From an uncultured Candidatus Saccharibacteria bacterium (lineage in GTDB: Bacteria; Patescibacteriota; Minisyncoccia; UBA6257; GWB1-50-10), in the NCBI GenBank assembly GCA_964565515.1, contig CAZMFA010000001.1, positions 1 through 60,048 of the forward strand: a stretch of 60,048 bases of DNA, in the 5' to 3' direction. The notes below the pieces were generated by a model. That model was not told where the DNA came from. It did not search any database and saw nothing but the letters and a program-made list of their open reading frames with translations. How positions within the stretch are numbered: the stretch's first letter is position 1; each line of letters begins with the position of its first letter. A program made the position numbers and the translations under genes. Below are positions 25,766-33,726 of this stretch, piece after piece.

Positions 25766-26344
25766 CTAGCGGAGTGCGTCGACGATTGCCGCGGTCTTTC
25801 GGACAAGGCCGATGCGGGGGAAAACTTTCGTCATGGTCGCCGCATGTTCCTCGAAAGTTTGCGCAGCCGAGGCGTCTTCCGCGAAGATTTGACGGTAGCC
25901 GTACTCGTAGGCGAACCGGGCCGTCGATTCGACGCCGATATTGGTCGAAATGCCGCAAAGGACGATGGTCGAAATGCCGCGCCTTCGAAGCTCGAGGTCG
26001 AGCTCGGTTCCGTAAAAAGCCCCCCATTGATGTTTCGTAATGACGAAGTCGCCGGGTTTCGGGCCCATTTCCGGGACGATTTCGGCCCAATCGGGCGCGG
26101 GCGGCGTCGAGGGAGTCATTGTTCTGTCGGCTATCGGATGGAGCGCGTCCAAGCCGTCCGGCGAAGGCGTGACGCGAACGAGGAAGACCGGCATCCCGTT
26201 CTTCCGGAAGGCATCGGCCAACAAGGCCGCATTCTTGACGACGTCGAGAGCAGTATAAGGTGCCGTCGGCCTCCCGACAATCCCTTTTTGGAGATCGATA
26301 ACGACGAGCGCCGTCTTTGATTTTTCGATGGGTATAGTATCCAT
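25766..26344 (-). CDS. Isochorismatase-family cysteine hydrolase
   Basis: ALVVIDLQKG, KHQWGAF, catalytic Cys in VLCGISTNIGVEST. Confidence 0.85.
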   Translation of the reverse strand: MDTIPIEKSKTALVVIDLQKGIVGRPTAPYTALDVVKNAALLADAFRKNGMPVFLVRVTPSPDGLDALHPIADRTMTPSTPPAPDWAEIVPEMGPKPGDFVITKHQWGAFYGTELDLELRRRGISTIVLCGISTNIGVESTARFAYEYGYRQIFAEDASAAQTFEEHAATMTKVFPRIGLVRKTAAIVDALR

Positions 26345-26348
26345 ATAA

Positions 26349-27272
26349 TTATTTTGGCAGTTCGACTTTTGCCGTTTGTTCCATTCGTTCGAATACCTTA
26401 TAAGCGCCGGGGTGCGCGTTTTTGATTTCTTCCTCGACGCGGGGAACGAACTTGCCGTTCGCGAGATAGGGATAAAACTCGTCCCAATGCATCGTGGCGA
26501 AAACGGTGTGCCACCCGTATGATCCGATATCGGCCGGATCCAATTTGTCTTTAAGGAACGACTCTTCGGTCAATCCGAAATTGGAGTCGGGATTCACCGG
26601 AATCGGCGCGTGGTTCACGATGTCCTCGTAGCCGGCTTTCAAGCTGTCGAGATCTTTTTCGTCGAGGCTGTTCATGGCTTCGTGGATCCGTTCGTGGAAA
26701 AGAACCTCCTTAAATTTCGGAGCGTTTTTAAAGAGCGCGTCATTCAAAACGATCACATCCTTCGAGGAAAAGATTTTGACGAGGCTGTCCGTCTCTGTTT
26801 CCGGAAGGTGCAGCTTAGTAAGGTTGTCTTTGAAGGTTTCGATCCGCTCCGGCGTATCGAGGAGATTCTTTTTCAAGAACCCTCCTGATGCTTCCATGCC
26901 TTCTTTCGCGTTTGCCGGGTCCATGGTCCGGTAAAAGGCCCCCATGACCGTCGAGTCCGCAATGTATTCATTGTGCCGCAGATATTTCTCGAGTTGCTCC
27001 CTTTGGTCGATCGATCGTTCGACTTTCGTCGAATCGTGATCCGCTGCTTTTTCTTGAGCTCTTGCTTCCGGGGCTCCCAAGGCGAGTGCGGTAAGGATCC
27101 CCCAAAGGGCGAGCTTCCGGAGTTTGCTGTTCCTCGCGATCTCGTTTTTTTCCTTTTTGACCGTTTCCACCGCGTCGCTTTCCATCGCCTCGGCATATGT
27201 CCCGAGTTCATTGGGTTCGATTTCCCTTGATTCCTCTCGATTTTCGCGGAAGTGCATCATTTCAAAATTCAT
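26349..27272 (-). CDS. Hypothetical membrane-anchored protein with HExxH motif
   Basis: One TM (LALWGILTALALGA) after a ~55-aa charged N-terminus. LFHERIHEAM is a possible zincin motif. No family recognised. Confidence 0.5.
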   Translation of the reverse strand: MNFEMMHFRENREESREIEPNELGTYAEAMESDAVETVKKEKNEIARNSKLRKLALWGILTALALGAPEARAQEKAADHDSTKVERSIDQREQLEKYLRHNEYIADSTVMGAFYRTMDPANAKEGMEASGGFLKKNLLDTPERIETFKDNLTKLHLPETETDSLVKIFSSKDVIVLNDALFKNAPKFKEVLFHERIHEAMNSLDEKDLDSLKAGYEDIVNHAPIPVNPDSNFGLTEESFLKDKLDPADIGSYGWHTVFATMHWDEFYPYLANGKFVPRVEEEIKNAHPGAYKVFERMEQTAKVELPK

Positions 27273-27523
27273 TGTTTCGCTATTATTTCATCGAGCTCCT
27301 CTTTAACCAGCTTTTGGAACACTTTCGGGTCGTCGCTCGCAAGCCGTTTCTTCGTTTTGAAGCTTTCGGTGTAGTTTTCGAGGGCATACGAGGAGAAATT
27401 CAACTCTTCAAAAAAAACGAGCTTTTGTTCGCTCGAAAGGTGGGGGAGTATGAATTCTATCCACACGCTTTTATCCGCATAGGGAAGCCGTGAGCTTGCA
27501 ATGAGTTCCTCGAGCATTTCCAT
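27269..27523 (-). CDS. Hypothetical small acidic protein (84 aa)
   Basis: GGAGG upstream; 4-nt start/stop overlap with the downstream gene. Confidence 0.5.
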   Translation of the reverse strand: MEMLEELIASSRLPYADKSVWIEFILPHLSSEQKLVFFEELNFSSYALENYTESFKTKKRLASDDPKVFQKLVKEELDEIIAKQ

Positions 27524-27601
27524 GAATTATAGTCCTCCCTGAGGTATAATAAAAGAAAGGCCGATTCTGGGACTTGCGTCAGCGAGTCCTCCAATAAAAA
27601 T

Positions 27602-27751
27602 ATGTGGAAACAGTGGGTCAACTTCATTGTCGGCGTGGTCATTGTGATCATGGCCCTCACATCTTCCATGTCCGAAACCTATTATCTGATAGGCGGTATC
27701 ATCGTCGCGGTGCTCTCGATTTGGGCCGCTCTCGGGAAGAAGGGCGCGTAA
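27602..27751 (+). CDS. Small membrane protein (49 aa, two predicted TM helices)
   Basis: MWKQWVNFIVGVVIVIMALTSSMSETYYLIGGIIVAVLSIWAALGKKGA. Not in the ORF track (shorter than 60 aa). A strong terminator follows immediately. Confidence 0.5.
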   Translation: MWKQWVNFIVGVVIVIMALTSSMSETYYLIGGIIVAVLSIWAALGKKGA

Positions 27752-27771
27752 GTTCGGCGTGCGGAAGGGTT

Positions 27772-27808
27772 TCCCGCCGATCGATGGATCGGCGGGATTT
27801 GTTTTTTT
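27772..27808 (+). terminator. Intrinsic terminator
   Basis: TCCCGCCGATC-gatg-GATCGGCGGGA followed by TTTGTTTTTTT. Confidence 0.9.
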
Positions 27809-27829
27809 AAATTCGGGAAGGTATCATAA

Positions 27830-28504
27830 ATGGGCATGAAATCAAAAAGCGCATTGACCTGGGGGATCGTTATCGTAGCAGTCGTCGGTATCGTGTACGG
27901 GCTCGTCGAGCTTGCAAAAACTTCGCCGGCTAATCAAGCGAACGTCCAGGCGGGCGCCGGTCTTATTCCGCCGATAGCAGCGGCGGATTGGACGGAGGGG
28001 AATCCAAATGCCTCAACTACGCTCATCGAGTACGGCGATTTTGAATGTCCGGTGTGCGCGGTTTACGCGCCGGTTCTCGATCAATTGATGAAAGACTTCA
28101 ATGGAAAGGTGTATTTTGCGTATCGCTATTTCCCACTTGAAACAATCCATCCGAATGCGAGCATTTCCGCAGCGGCCGCGGAAGCCGCCGGAGTGCAAGG
28201 CAAGTTCTGGCCGATGCACGATTTGCTTTTCCAAAATCAAAATACGTGGTCCGGTGAAAGCCAAGCAGATGCGGAGAAAACATTCGAAACCTACGCTTCG
28301 CAATTGGGGTTGAACGTGAGTCAATTCGGCGCGAACATGAGTTCGGCGACGACAACTTCCAAAATCCAAGGGGATTATGAAAACGATTTGAAGCTGGGGT
28401 TGACGTATACGCCGACATTCGTTTTGAACGGAACAGTCATACAAAATCCGACGAGCTATGACGCTTTCAAGCAAATCATCCAACAGTCCCTCGGCGGTCA
28501 ATAA
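27830..28504 (+). CDS. DsbA-family thiol:disulfide oxidoreductase (membrane-anchored)
   Basis: N-terminal TM; thioredoxin-fold active site GDFECPVCA. Confidence 0.85.
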   Translation: MGMKSKSALTWGIVIVAVVGIVYGLVELAKTSPANQANVQAGAGLIPPIAAADWTEGNPNASTTLIEYGDFECPVCAVYAPVLDQLMKDFNGKVYFAYRYFPLETIHPNASISAAAAEAAGVQGKFWPMHDLLFQNQNTWSGESQADAEKTFETYASQLGLNVSQFGANMSSATTTSKIQGDYENDLKLGLTYTPTFVLNGTVIQNPTSYDAFKQIIQQSLGGQ

Positions 28505-28943
28505 GATCGTTGTCGCAATCCTCGTCCTTGCGGCGTTGGGGTTCATCGACGCTTCGTATCTTACGGTTAGCCACTATTTTTCGATCCCGCTCCCGTGTTC
28601 CATTGTGAACGGCTGCGAGAAGGTGACGACAAGCGCTTACTCGACCGTCTTCGGCATTCCGCTGGCGCTTTTCGGGGCGGCATACTACCTGGCGATGGTT
28701 TTCCTTTCGGTCTTTTCCCTCGATTGGAAAGATGAACGAACGATGAGGGTCGTGGCGGCTCTCGCGACCGCCGGCTTTCTTGTTTCCCTCGGTTTGGTTT
28801 CGATTCAGCTTTTCGTCCTTGCTTCGATCTGCCTTTATTGCATGACGTCGGCGCTCGTAACGACGATCATTTTTCTTCTAAGCATCCGCTTTTTCCCTCA
28901 CCAAAGAAAGGAGGATAAGGGAAATAAAGCTCGAGAGTATTGA
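28458..28943 (+). CDS. Vitamin K epoxide reductase (VKOR) family protein
   Basis: Loop cysteines PCSIVNGC and the CLYC active site in TM4. The start is uncertain (47-nt overlap with dsbA if ATG 28458 is used). Confidence 0.8.
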   Translation: MTLSSKSSNSPSAVNKIVVAILVLAALGFIDASYLTVSHYFSIPLPCSIVNGCEKVTTSAYSTVFGIPLALFGAAYYLAMVFLSVFSLDWKDERTMRVVAALATAGFLVSLGLVSIQLFVLASICLYCMTSALVTTIIFLLSIRFFPHQRKEDKGNKAREY

Positions 28944-30035
28944 AAAGACGAACGGCACTCTCGGATCCACCGTTTGCCACAAGAATCCCGCGAGGAGCGA
29001 AGCGGGAAGCCCTACGAGGCCGACCAGCATGCCGAAAGTTCCCAAGGAACTTGCTCGAACATCCTGCGGTGTAAGATCGGCAACGAGGGTCTTGATGTTT
29101 CCCCGGTAAGCTCCGTAAAAGAGTCCGTAGCAAAAGAAGGCGGCGAGAAAGCCGATGAGTGAATGCGAGACGGCAAAGAGGAGGTTTGTGGCGACGAAAA
29201 AAAGATAGGAAATCATGATCACCGAACGGCGGTTCCTGCGGTCGGCGAGCTTTCCGAATGGTACGGCGGAAGCCGCCGCGGTAACGAGAAAAGCGGCATA
29301 CAAAAAGGTCACCGTTTCAATGGGGAAGCCGCTTGTTTTGGTGACGAGGATGTAAAAAGAATCGGAAAACGTGCCGAGTGTAAAAATGAGCGAAGCGAAA
29401 ATCAAGAGTTTGAAATCGCGATTCAGCGAACGGAGGGAAAGCGAAAAAGGGCGCTGCCCCTCTGTGCCGTGCGAATCCTTGATGAAAAAAAGGATAAGCA
29501 GGGAGCCGATGAGTGAAGGCACGGCGGCCAAGAGGAAAAGCTGCCGGTAGGTGAAGTAGCCGATCAAGATGATCGATGCCATGAGGCCGAGGAGTGCGCC
29601 GATTCGGTCGGCTGCTCGGAGCATGCCGAAAGCAGTGGCGCGGGAATCGTGCTTTTTTATATCCGCCACGGCCGCATCGCGCGGCGCGTCCCTCATTTTG
29701 CCGCCGCGATCCAAGACCTTCCCCGGTATGAGCTGCCAGGTCGCCTGGGACATGAAGTAAACGACTCGGCCGAGCGCCGCTGCAAGGTATCCGCTCCATA
29801 TAAAAACCTTCCGCCTCTTGATCCGGTCGGAGATCATTCCCGACAAGGCCTGGGAAATCGAGGCCAGGGCATCGCCCAAGCCGTCGACAAGGCCCAAAAA
29901 GGTGGTTGAAGCACCGAGAACGCTGGTTAAGAATATCGGCCAAATGACGGTAATAAGGTAATGGCCGATGTCGTTCAAGAGTGAAGCCGCAGCAAAAATC
30001 CAAATCGTCCTCCGGTTTCGATTTTCAGTTTCCAT
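28878..30035 (-). CDS. MFS transporter
   Basis: About 12 TM segments, GMISDRIKRRK motif A-like loop. 66-nt convergent overlap with the VKOR gene. Confidence 0.8.
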   Translation of the reverse strand: METENRNRRTIWIFAAASLLNDIGHYLITVIWPIFLTSVLGASTTFLGLVDGLGDALASISQALSGMISDRIKRRKVFIWSGYLAAALGRVVYFMSQATWQLIPGKVLDRGGKMRDAPRDAAVADIKKHDSRATAFGMLRAADRIGALLGLMASIILIGYFTYRQLFLLAAVPSLIGSLLILFFIKDSHGTEGQRPFSLSLRSLNRDFKLLIFASLIFTLGTFSDSFYILVTKTSGFPIETVTFLYAAFLVTAAASAVPFGKLADRRNRRSVIMISYLFFVATNLLFAVSHSLIGFLAAFFCYGLFYGAYRGNIKTLVADLTPQDVRASSLGTFGMLVGLVGLPASLLAGFLWQTVDPRVPFVFSILSSFISLILLSLVREKADA

Positions 30036-30061
30036 CAGTTCTTTTATAATATCAGAACCCC

Positions 30062-31552
30062 ATGAAAGAGGATACGAAAGAGTGGTTGGAAGAAAATCCG
30101 ACCTTGAAGAGATTTGAAAAGAAACATCCCGTGCTTGCAGCGTTCCTCGGGAAGCGACTTTCGAAAAACAAACCCTACGGACGGAAATTTACGGGGGGGC
30201 TGCTTTTAAGCTTAGTCCTTTTTTTCATTTTTCTTGAAATAACCTTCGACGTCGTTTCCCGAGAATCTGCGGCGCTCGACCAAAGCATCACCAACTTCAT
30301 TTATACCTTCAGGAATCTGTCGTTCGCCAAATATTTTTTACTGTTCACTGATTTAGGCGACGTTCAAGGCGTCCTCGTCTTTGCGGTCGTCCTCGTTCTC
30401 CTTTTCCTCGCGCTGGGGAAGAAGCGGGAAGCACTGTTTTCCGCTTTTACCCTCCTCTTCGGCGAAGTCTCGTACGCCGTCATTAAGTTCCTCATCGCGC
30501 GTCCGCGGCCGGGCCTTTGGTATGCGCTCGTCCCGCGGAGCGGCTTTTCGTTCCCGAGCGGACATTCGGTCGGCTCGGTCGTTTTTTACGGGTTCGGCTG
30601 CTACCTCATCTCGAGGATGGTGAAAAAAAGGTCCGCGAAGGTGTTCTGGTGGTTCCTTGCAGTATTCATTCCCTTGAATGTCGGTCTCTCGCGGATCTAC
30701 TTGGGCGTCCATTGGACTTCCGACGTTTTGGGCGGTTGGACGCTCGGCCTTGCGATCGCCATTCTTTCCGCATTCCTCATGAAAGAATTGGAGGGGAAGA
30801 AGCCGATGGATAAGGTCCCGGTTTTTCAAAAGCAGTCCATTTATCGGATAACGGCGGGGCTTTTGGCGCTTGCGGTCATGTTCATCGTATATTTCTACGA
30901 CAATAATCCGCTCGAATACAAGGTTCCTCCTCTGCCTGCGAGCCCGGTTGTGGTCTCGGCAACGTCGAGCATCGAAAACCTCGTCGCGGAAAGCGGTTTT
31001 CCGAAGTTTTCTGAGTCGATCGCCGGCGATCCCATGGAACCCATGAGTCTCATTGTCGTTGGATCCGAAGCAAACTTGGAACAAGCGTTCTTGAGCGAAG
31101 GCTGGGTCATTGCCGATCCGCCGACGCTGGCGAATTTCATAAAGCTCGGTCTTGCGGCAATCGAAGGGAAGCCGTACGCGGCCGCACCCGCTTCGCCATC
31201 CTTCTTGAATGCCTTGCCCCAGCTCATAACCTTCGAAAAGAATGTCGGCGGCACCTTCATCGTTCGACATCACACGAGGTTTTGGCAAACCAAGTTCCTC
31301 TATGCCGGCCAGCCGGTGTGGGTTGCATCGGCGAGCTTCGACAGCGGCCTTACCAGTTATTTGGTTTACCACCAAATCAGCCCGGCAATCGACACGGAGC
31401 GCGATTACATAGCAAGCGATCTTTTGAAATCGGGCCTTGTTACAAGCGAATCGGAAGTGCAGCTCGTTCCCCCCATGATGGGAGAAAATTTTGCCTCGCA
31501 ACCCTTCTTCACGGACGGCAAGGCGTACATCATGTTTCTCAGGAATTCCTAA
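30062..31552 (+). CDS. PAP2-family phosphatase fused to an LssY-like C-terminal domain
   Basis: PAP2 motifs KFLIARPRP, PSGHS, SRIYLGVHWTSDVLGG. The C-terminal ~200 aa (HHTRFWQT..PVWVASASFD) resemble LssY_C. Confidence 0.75.
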   Translation: MKEDTKEWLEENPTLKRFEKKHPVLAAFLGKRLSKNKPYGRKFTGGLLLSLVLFFIFLEITFDVVSRESAALDQSITNFIYTFRNLSFAKYFLLFTDLGDVQGVLVFAVVLVLLFLALGKKREALFSAFTLLFGEVSYAVIKFLIARPRPGLWYALVPRSGFSFPSGHSVGSVVFYGFGCYLISRMVKKRSAKVFWWFLAVFIPLNVGLSRIYLGVHWTSDVLGGWTLGLAIAILSAFLMKELEGKKPMDKVPVFQKQSIYRITAGLLALAVMFIVYFYDNNPLEYKVPPLPASPVVVSATSSIENLVAESGFPKFSESIAGDPMEPMSLIVVGSEANLEQAFLSEGWVIADPPTLANFIKLGLAAIEGKPYAAAPASPSFLNALPQLITFEKNVGGTFIVRHHTRFWQTKFLYAGQPVWVASASFDSGLTSYLVYHQISPAIDTERDYIASDLLKSGLVTSESEVQLVPPMMGENFASQPFFTDGKAYIMFLRNS

Positions 31553-31686
31553 TTTTACATGTAAAAAAGCTAAGTGCTCGCCGAACATGCCCACTCAGGC
31601 TGTCTCCGGGGTGACACCCAAGTCTTAGCCTTCGTGAGTATGTCCGGCTCGCTTTTTATAAAAGTCCCGGTTTTCCACAAGCGGCA

Positions 31687-31714
31687 TTGACTTAGGTATG
31701 CGCTTTGGTACAAT
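31687..31714 (+). promoter_or_regulatory. Strong sigma70-like promoter TTGACT-N16-TACAAT
   Basis: Lies in a 420-nt non-coding gap. The -10 ends 7 nt before ATG 31722. Confidence 0.7.
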
Positions 31715-31720
31715 GGAGAC

Positions 31721-31866
31721 AATGCAAAACGGGAGACAAAGTTCGATTTTGTTCGTCTCGATTAGCCTCCTCCTTAGGAAGGGGACTTTGCGTTTTGCAA
31801 TGGAGTAGGAAGAACGTGCAATCAAAACCCAAAGCCCCCGACCGAAAGCCGGGGGCTCTTCGTTTT
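31721..31866 (+). ncRNA. Candidate structured RNA (riboswitch-like leader, sRNA or leader-peptide attenuator) ending in an intrinsic terminator
   Basis: P1 TGCAAAACG/CGTTTTGCA (31723..31731 / 31791..31799) encloses two hairpins (GAGACAAA..TTTGT..GTCTC and CCTCCTCC-tta-GGAAGGGG). It is followed by AGCCCCCG-loop-CGGGGGCT + CTTCGTTTT (31833..31866). It also contains a 28-codon ORF, 31722..31808. Confidence 0.45.
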
Positions 31867-31971
31867 AGAGCCTGGGATTTGTTCATCGGCGAAGTGGATA
31901 CATCCCAGGTCCGAAGGTCGGAGCCCTGGGTAAGCACTTAAACAATTCCATATATCAGAAAGGAGTCAGCG

Positions 31972-32412
31972 ATGCTGAACACATCGGGATTCACCAAGAT
32001 CATTTCCGCCATGCCCGGTGGCATAGGCGAACAGATCCTCCGGGAAATCGCGTTTCCCGCCAAAAAGCCGAATAACGAGAGGACGCTCGAGGTCTCGTAT
32101 CACGACGGCGTCCAAAAATGTTCCGTCGTAACGAGAGACGGCGATACGCTCGGGTTCACGCTCAAACTCGGGGTAAGGGAAGGCCTTTTTATCGAAGAAG
32201 TAAAGGGATCGCGGTTTTCCTACCGAGCTTCCGATGGCGTACTCCGAGTGGGAGAACGCTTGCCACCCACGAAAGTCGCGGAAGTTGCCAACTATCTGGT
32301 CGGCCAGTATGTCATCGGTCAATGTCATCGGAAGAGGCATCGGAACAGGTTGAAGACGTGGAGAGGATGGAGAGTCATGCAGAATGAAGGACTGGTTTCT
32401 GCTGCCAAATGA
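31972..32412 (+). CDS. Hypothetical protein (146 aa)
   Basis: AAAGGAG Shine-Dalgarno 7 nt upstream and a strong terminator downstream. The longer antisense ORF starts inside that terminator and is rejected. Confidence 0.6.
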   Translation: MLNTSGFTKIISAMPGGIGEQILREIAFPAKKPNNERTLEVSYHDGVQKCSVVTRDGDTLGFTLKLGVREGLFIEEVKGSRFSYRASDGVLRVGERLPPTKVAEVANYLVGQYVIGQCHRKRHRNRLKTWRGWRVMQNEGLVSAAK

Positions 32413-32469
32413 CAAGACGACAAGAAGAGTTTCTCCAGGCCGGAAAACATCCGGCGGAGGCATCAGAAG

Positions 32470-32507
32470 AGAGTTGCACAACACAACAGTGCAACTCTTT
32501 CTTTTTT
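32470..32507 (+). terminator. Intrinsic terminator
   Basis: AGAGTTGCAC-loop-GTGCAACTCT followed by TTCTTTTTT. Confidence 0.9.
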
Positions 32508-32521
32508 AAGAAGGGTGCCAG

Positions 32522-32551
32522 TTGCATTCGGAGGCGTCCCCGGTGTAAAAT
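32522..32551 (+). promoter_or_regulatory. Promoter TTGCAT-N18-TAAAAT, 9 nt before ATG 32561
   Basis: Hexamer match and spacing. Confidence 0.5.
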
Positions 32552-32560
32552 GGCTCCACT

Positions 32561-33184
32561 ATGACCTTTTCTTATTTTAGGAAGAGCACGTTCTCTCTCT
32601 CCGAGACGTTGAAAAACGTCAAAACCGCCGCCGAGGAAGCAGGTCTCAAGATGTTGGGCGACGTTGAGCTGAGGGAGCCGAAGGGATACGCAGTCCATGT
32701 TTCTGAGGCGAACTGGATGAGTACCATTATCGCTGCCGACCCCAGTGTCGTGGCCTTTTTGCCGTCAGTCATCGTCGTTTTTGAACAAGGCGGGAAGGTT
32801 ATGGTCGGCGCCGGCCGCGGATCGCTCCTCGGGGGCGTTACGCAAAACGTAGAAATAGCGCGCGTCGCCGAAGACGTCGAAAAAAAGATGAAGGAAATTG
32901 TAAACGTCGCCGCCGGTGCGGGCGACTTAAAGCCGACGAAGATCAAGGTCTATTCGACGACCACCTGCCCGTACTGCAAAATGGAAAAAGCGTGGCTCGA
33001 CGAGAACAAGATCGCCTATGAAAATATCATGGTCGACGTGGATCGCGCGGCGGGAGAAGAAATGGTCCGGAAGACCGGCCAAATGGGCGTACCGGTCACG
33101 GAAATCAACTATGAGGATGCCGAGCCGGACTATATCGTCGGATTCGACAAGCCGCAGCTCGCTCAAATTTTGAATATCAAGTAG
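32561..33184 (+). CDS. DUF302-like domain fused to a glutaredoxin/NrdH-like domain
   Basis: C-terminal [28 protein letters not shown] thioredoxin-fold. The N-terminal ~125 aa resemble DUF302. Confidence 0.6.
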   Translation: MTFSYFRKSTFSLSETLKNVKTAAEEAGLKMLGDVELREPKGYAVHVSEANWMSTIIAADPSVVAFLPSVIVVFEQGGKVMVGAGRGSLLGGVTQNVEIARVAEDVEKKMKEIVNVAAGAGDLKPTKIKVYSTTTCPYCKMEKAWLDENKIAYENIMVDVDRAAGEEMVRKTGQMGVPVTEINYEDAEPDYIVGFDKPQLAQILNIK

Positions 33185-33185
33185 T

Positions 33186-33707
33186 ATGGAAAATAATAAA
33201 AAGAAAAATATCGCCCTCGGCGCAGTCGGCATCGTCATCCTTGCGATCGTTGTCGTCGTTCTTGCGGGGAAGAAGGGGAATGTGCCGGGCGTTCAAACCA
33301 CGAGCCAGTCGGCTGCAGGAAATCAAACAGGTCAAAATCAAACAACAACTATGGAAACACAAAACTTGCCGGATGGCCTTCAAATCACCGACGAGACGGT
33401 GGGGACCGGGACGGAGGCCATTCCCGGCGACAGGGTCACTGTAAACTATGTAGGGATGCTTGCGGACGGTACAGTCTTCGATGCGTCGGCAAATCACGGG
33501 AATCAAGGTTTTACATTCCCTTTGGGTGCCGGCCAGGTCATCAAGGGATGGGATGAAGGGGTTTCGGGCATGAAGGTCGGAGGAAAGCGGAAGCTGGTTA
33601 TCCCGCCCAACTTGGCGTACGGGGCGAACGGCGTTCCGGGCGTCATTCCCCCCAATGCAGCTTTGACGTTCGAAGTGGAACTTCTCTCGGTGCAACCTCA
33701 GGGATAA
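33186..33707 (+). CDS. FKBP-type peptidyl-prolyl cis-trans isomerase, membrane-anchored
   Basis: [21 protein letters not shown]...[36 protein letters not shown]. Confidence 0.9.
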   Translation: MENNKKKNIALGAVGIVILAIVVVVLAGKKGNVPGVQTTSQSAAGNQTGQNQTTTMETQNLPDGLQITDETVGTGTEAIPGDRVTVNYVGMLADGTVFDASANHGNQGFTFPLGAGQVIKGWDEGVSGMKVGGKRKLVIPPNLAYGANGVPGVIPPNAALTFEVELLSVQPQG

Positions 33708-33726
33708 CGGAGCCGCCGCTCCTTCC

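Noticed and set aside
31902-31930. Possible SRP (4.5S) RNA domain IV: AGGUCCGAAGGUCGGAGCC versus the consensus AGGUCCGGAAGGAAGCAGCC.
   Set aside because: The segment folds into a fully Watson-Crick hairpin (UCCGA-AGG-UCGGA) with no GNRA tetraloop and no symmetric or asymmetric internal loops. The conserved AGCA is missing.
31966-32484. 172-aa minus-strand ORF, longer than the 146-aa plus-strand ORF it overlaps.
   Set aside because: Its start codon lies inside the stem of the plus-strand terminator (32470..32507) and it has no ribosome-binding site. The plus ORF has AAAGGAG at optimal spacing and a terminator in the correct orientation.
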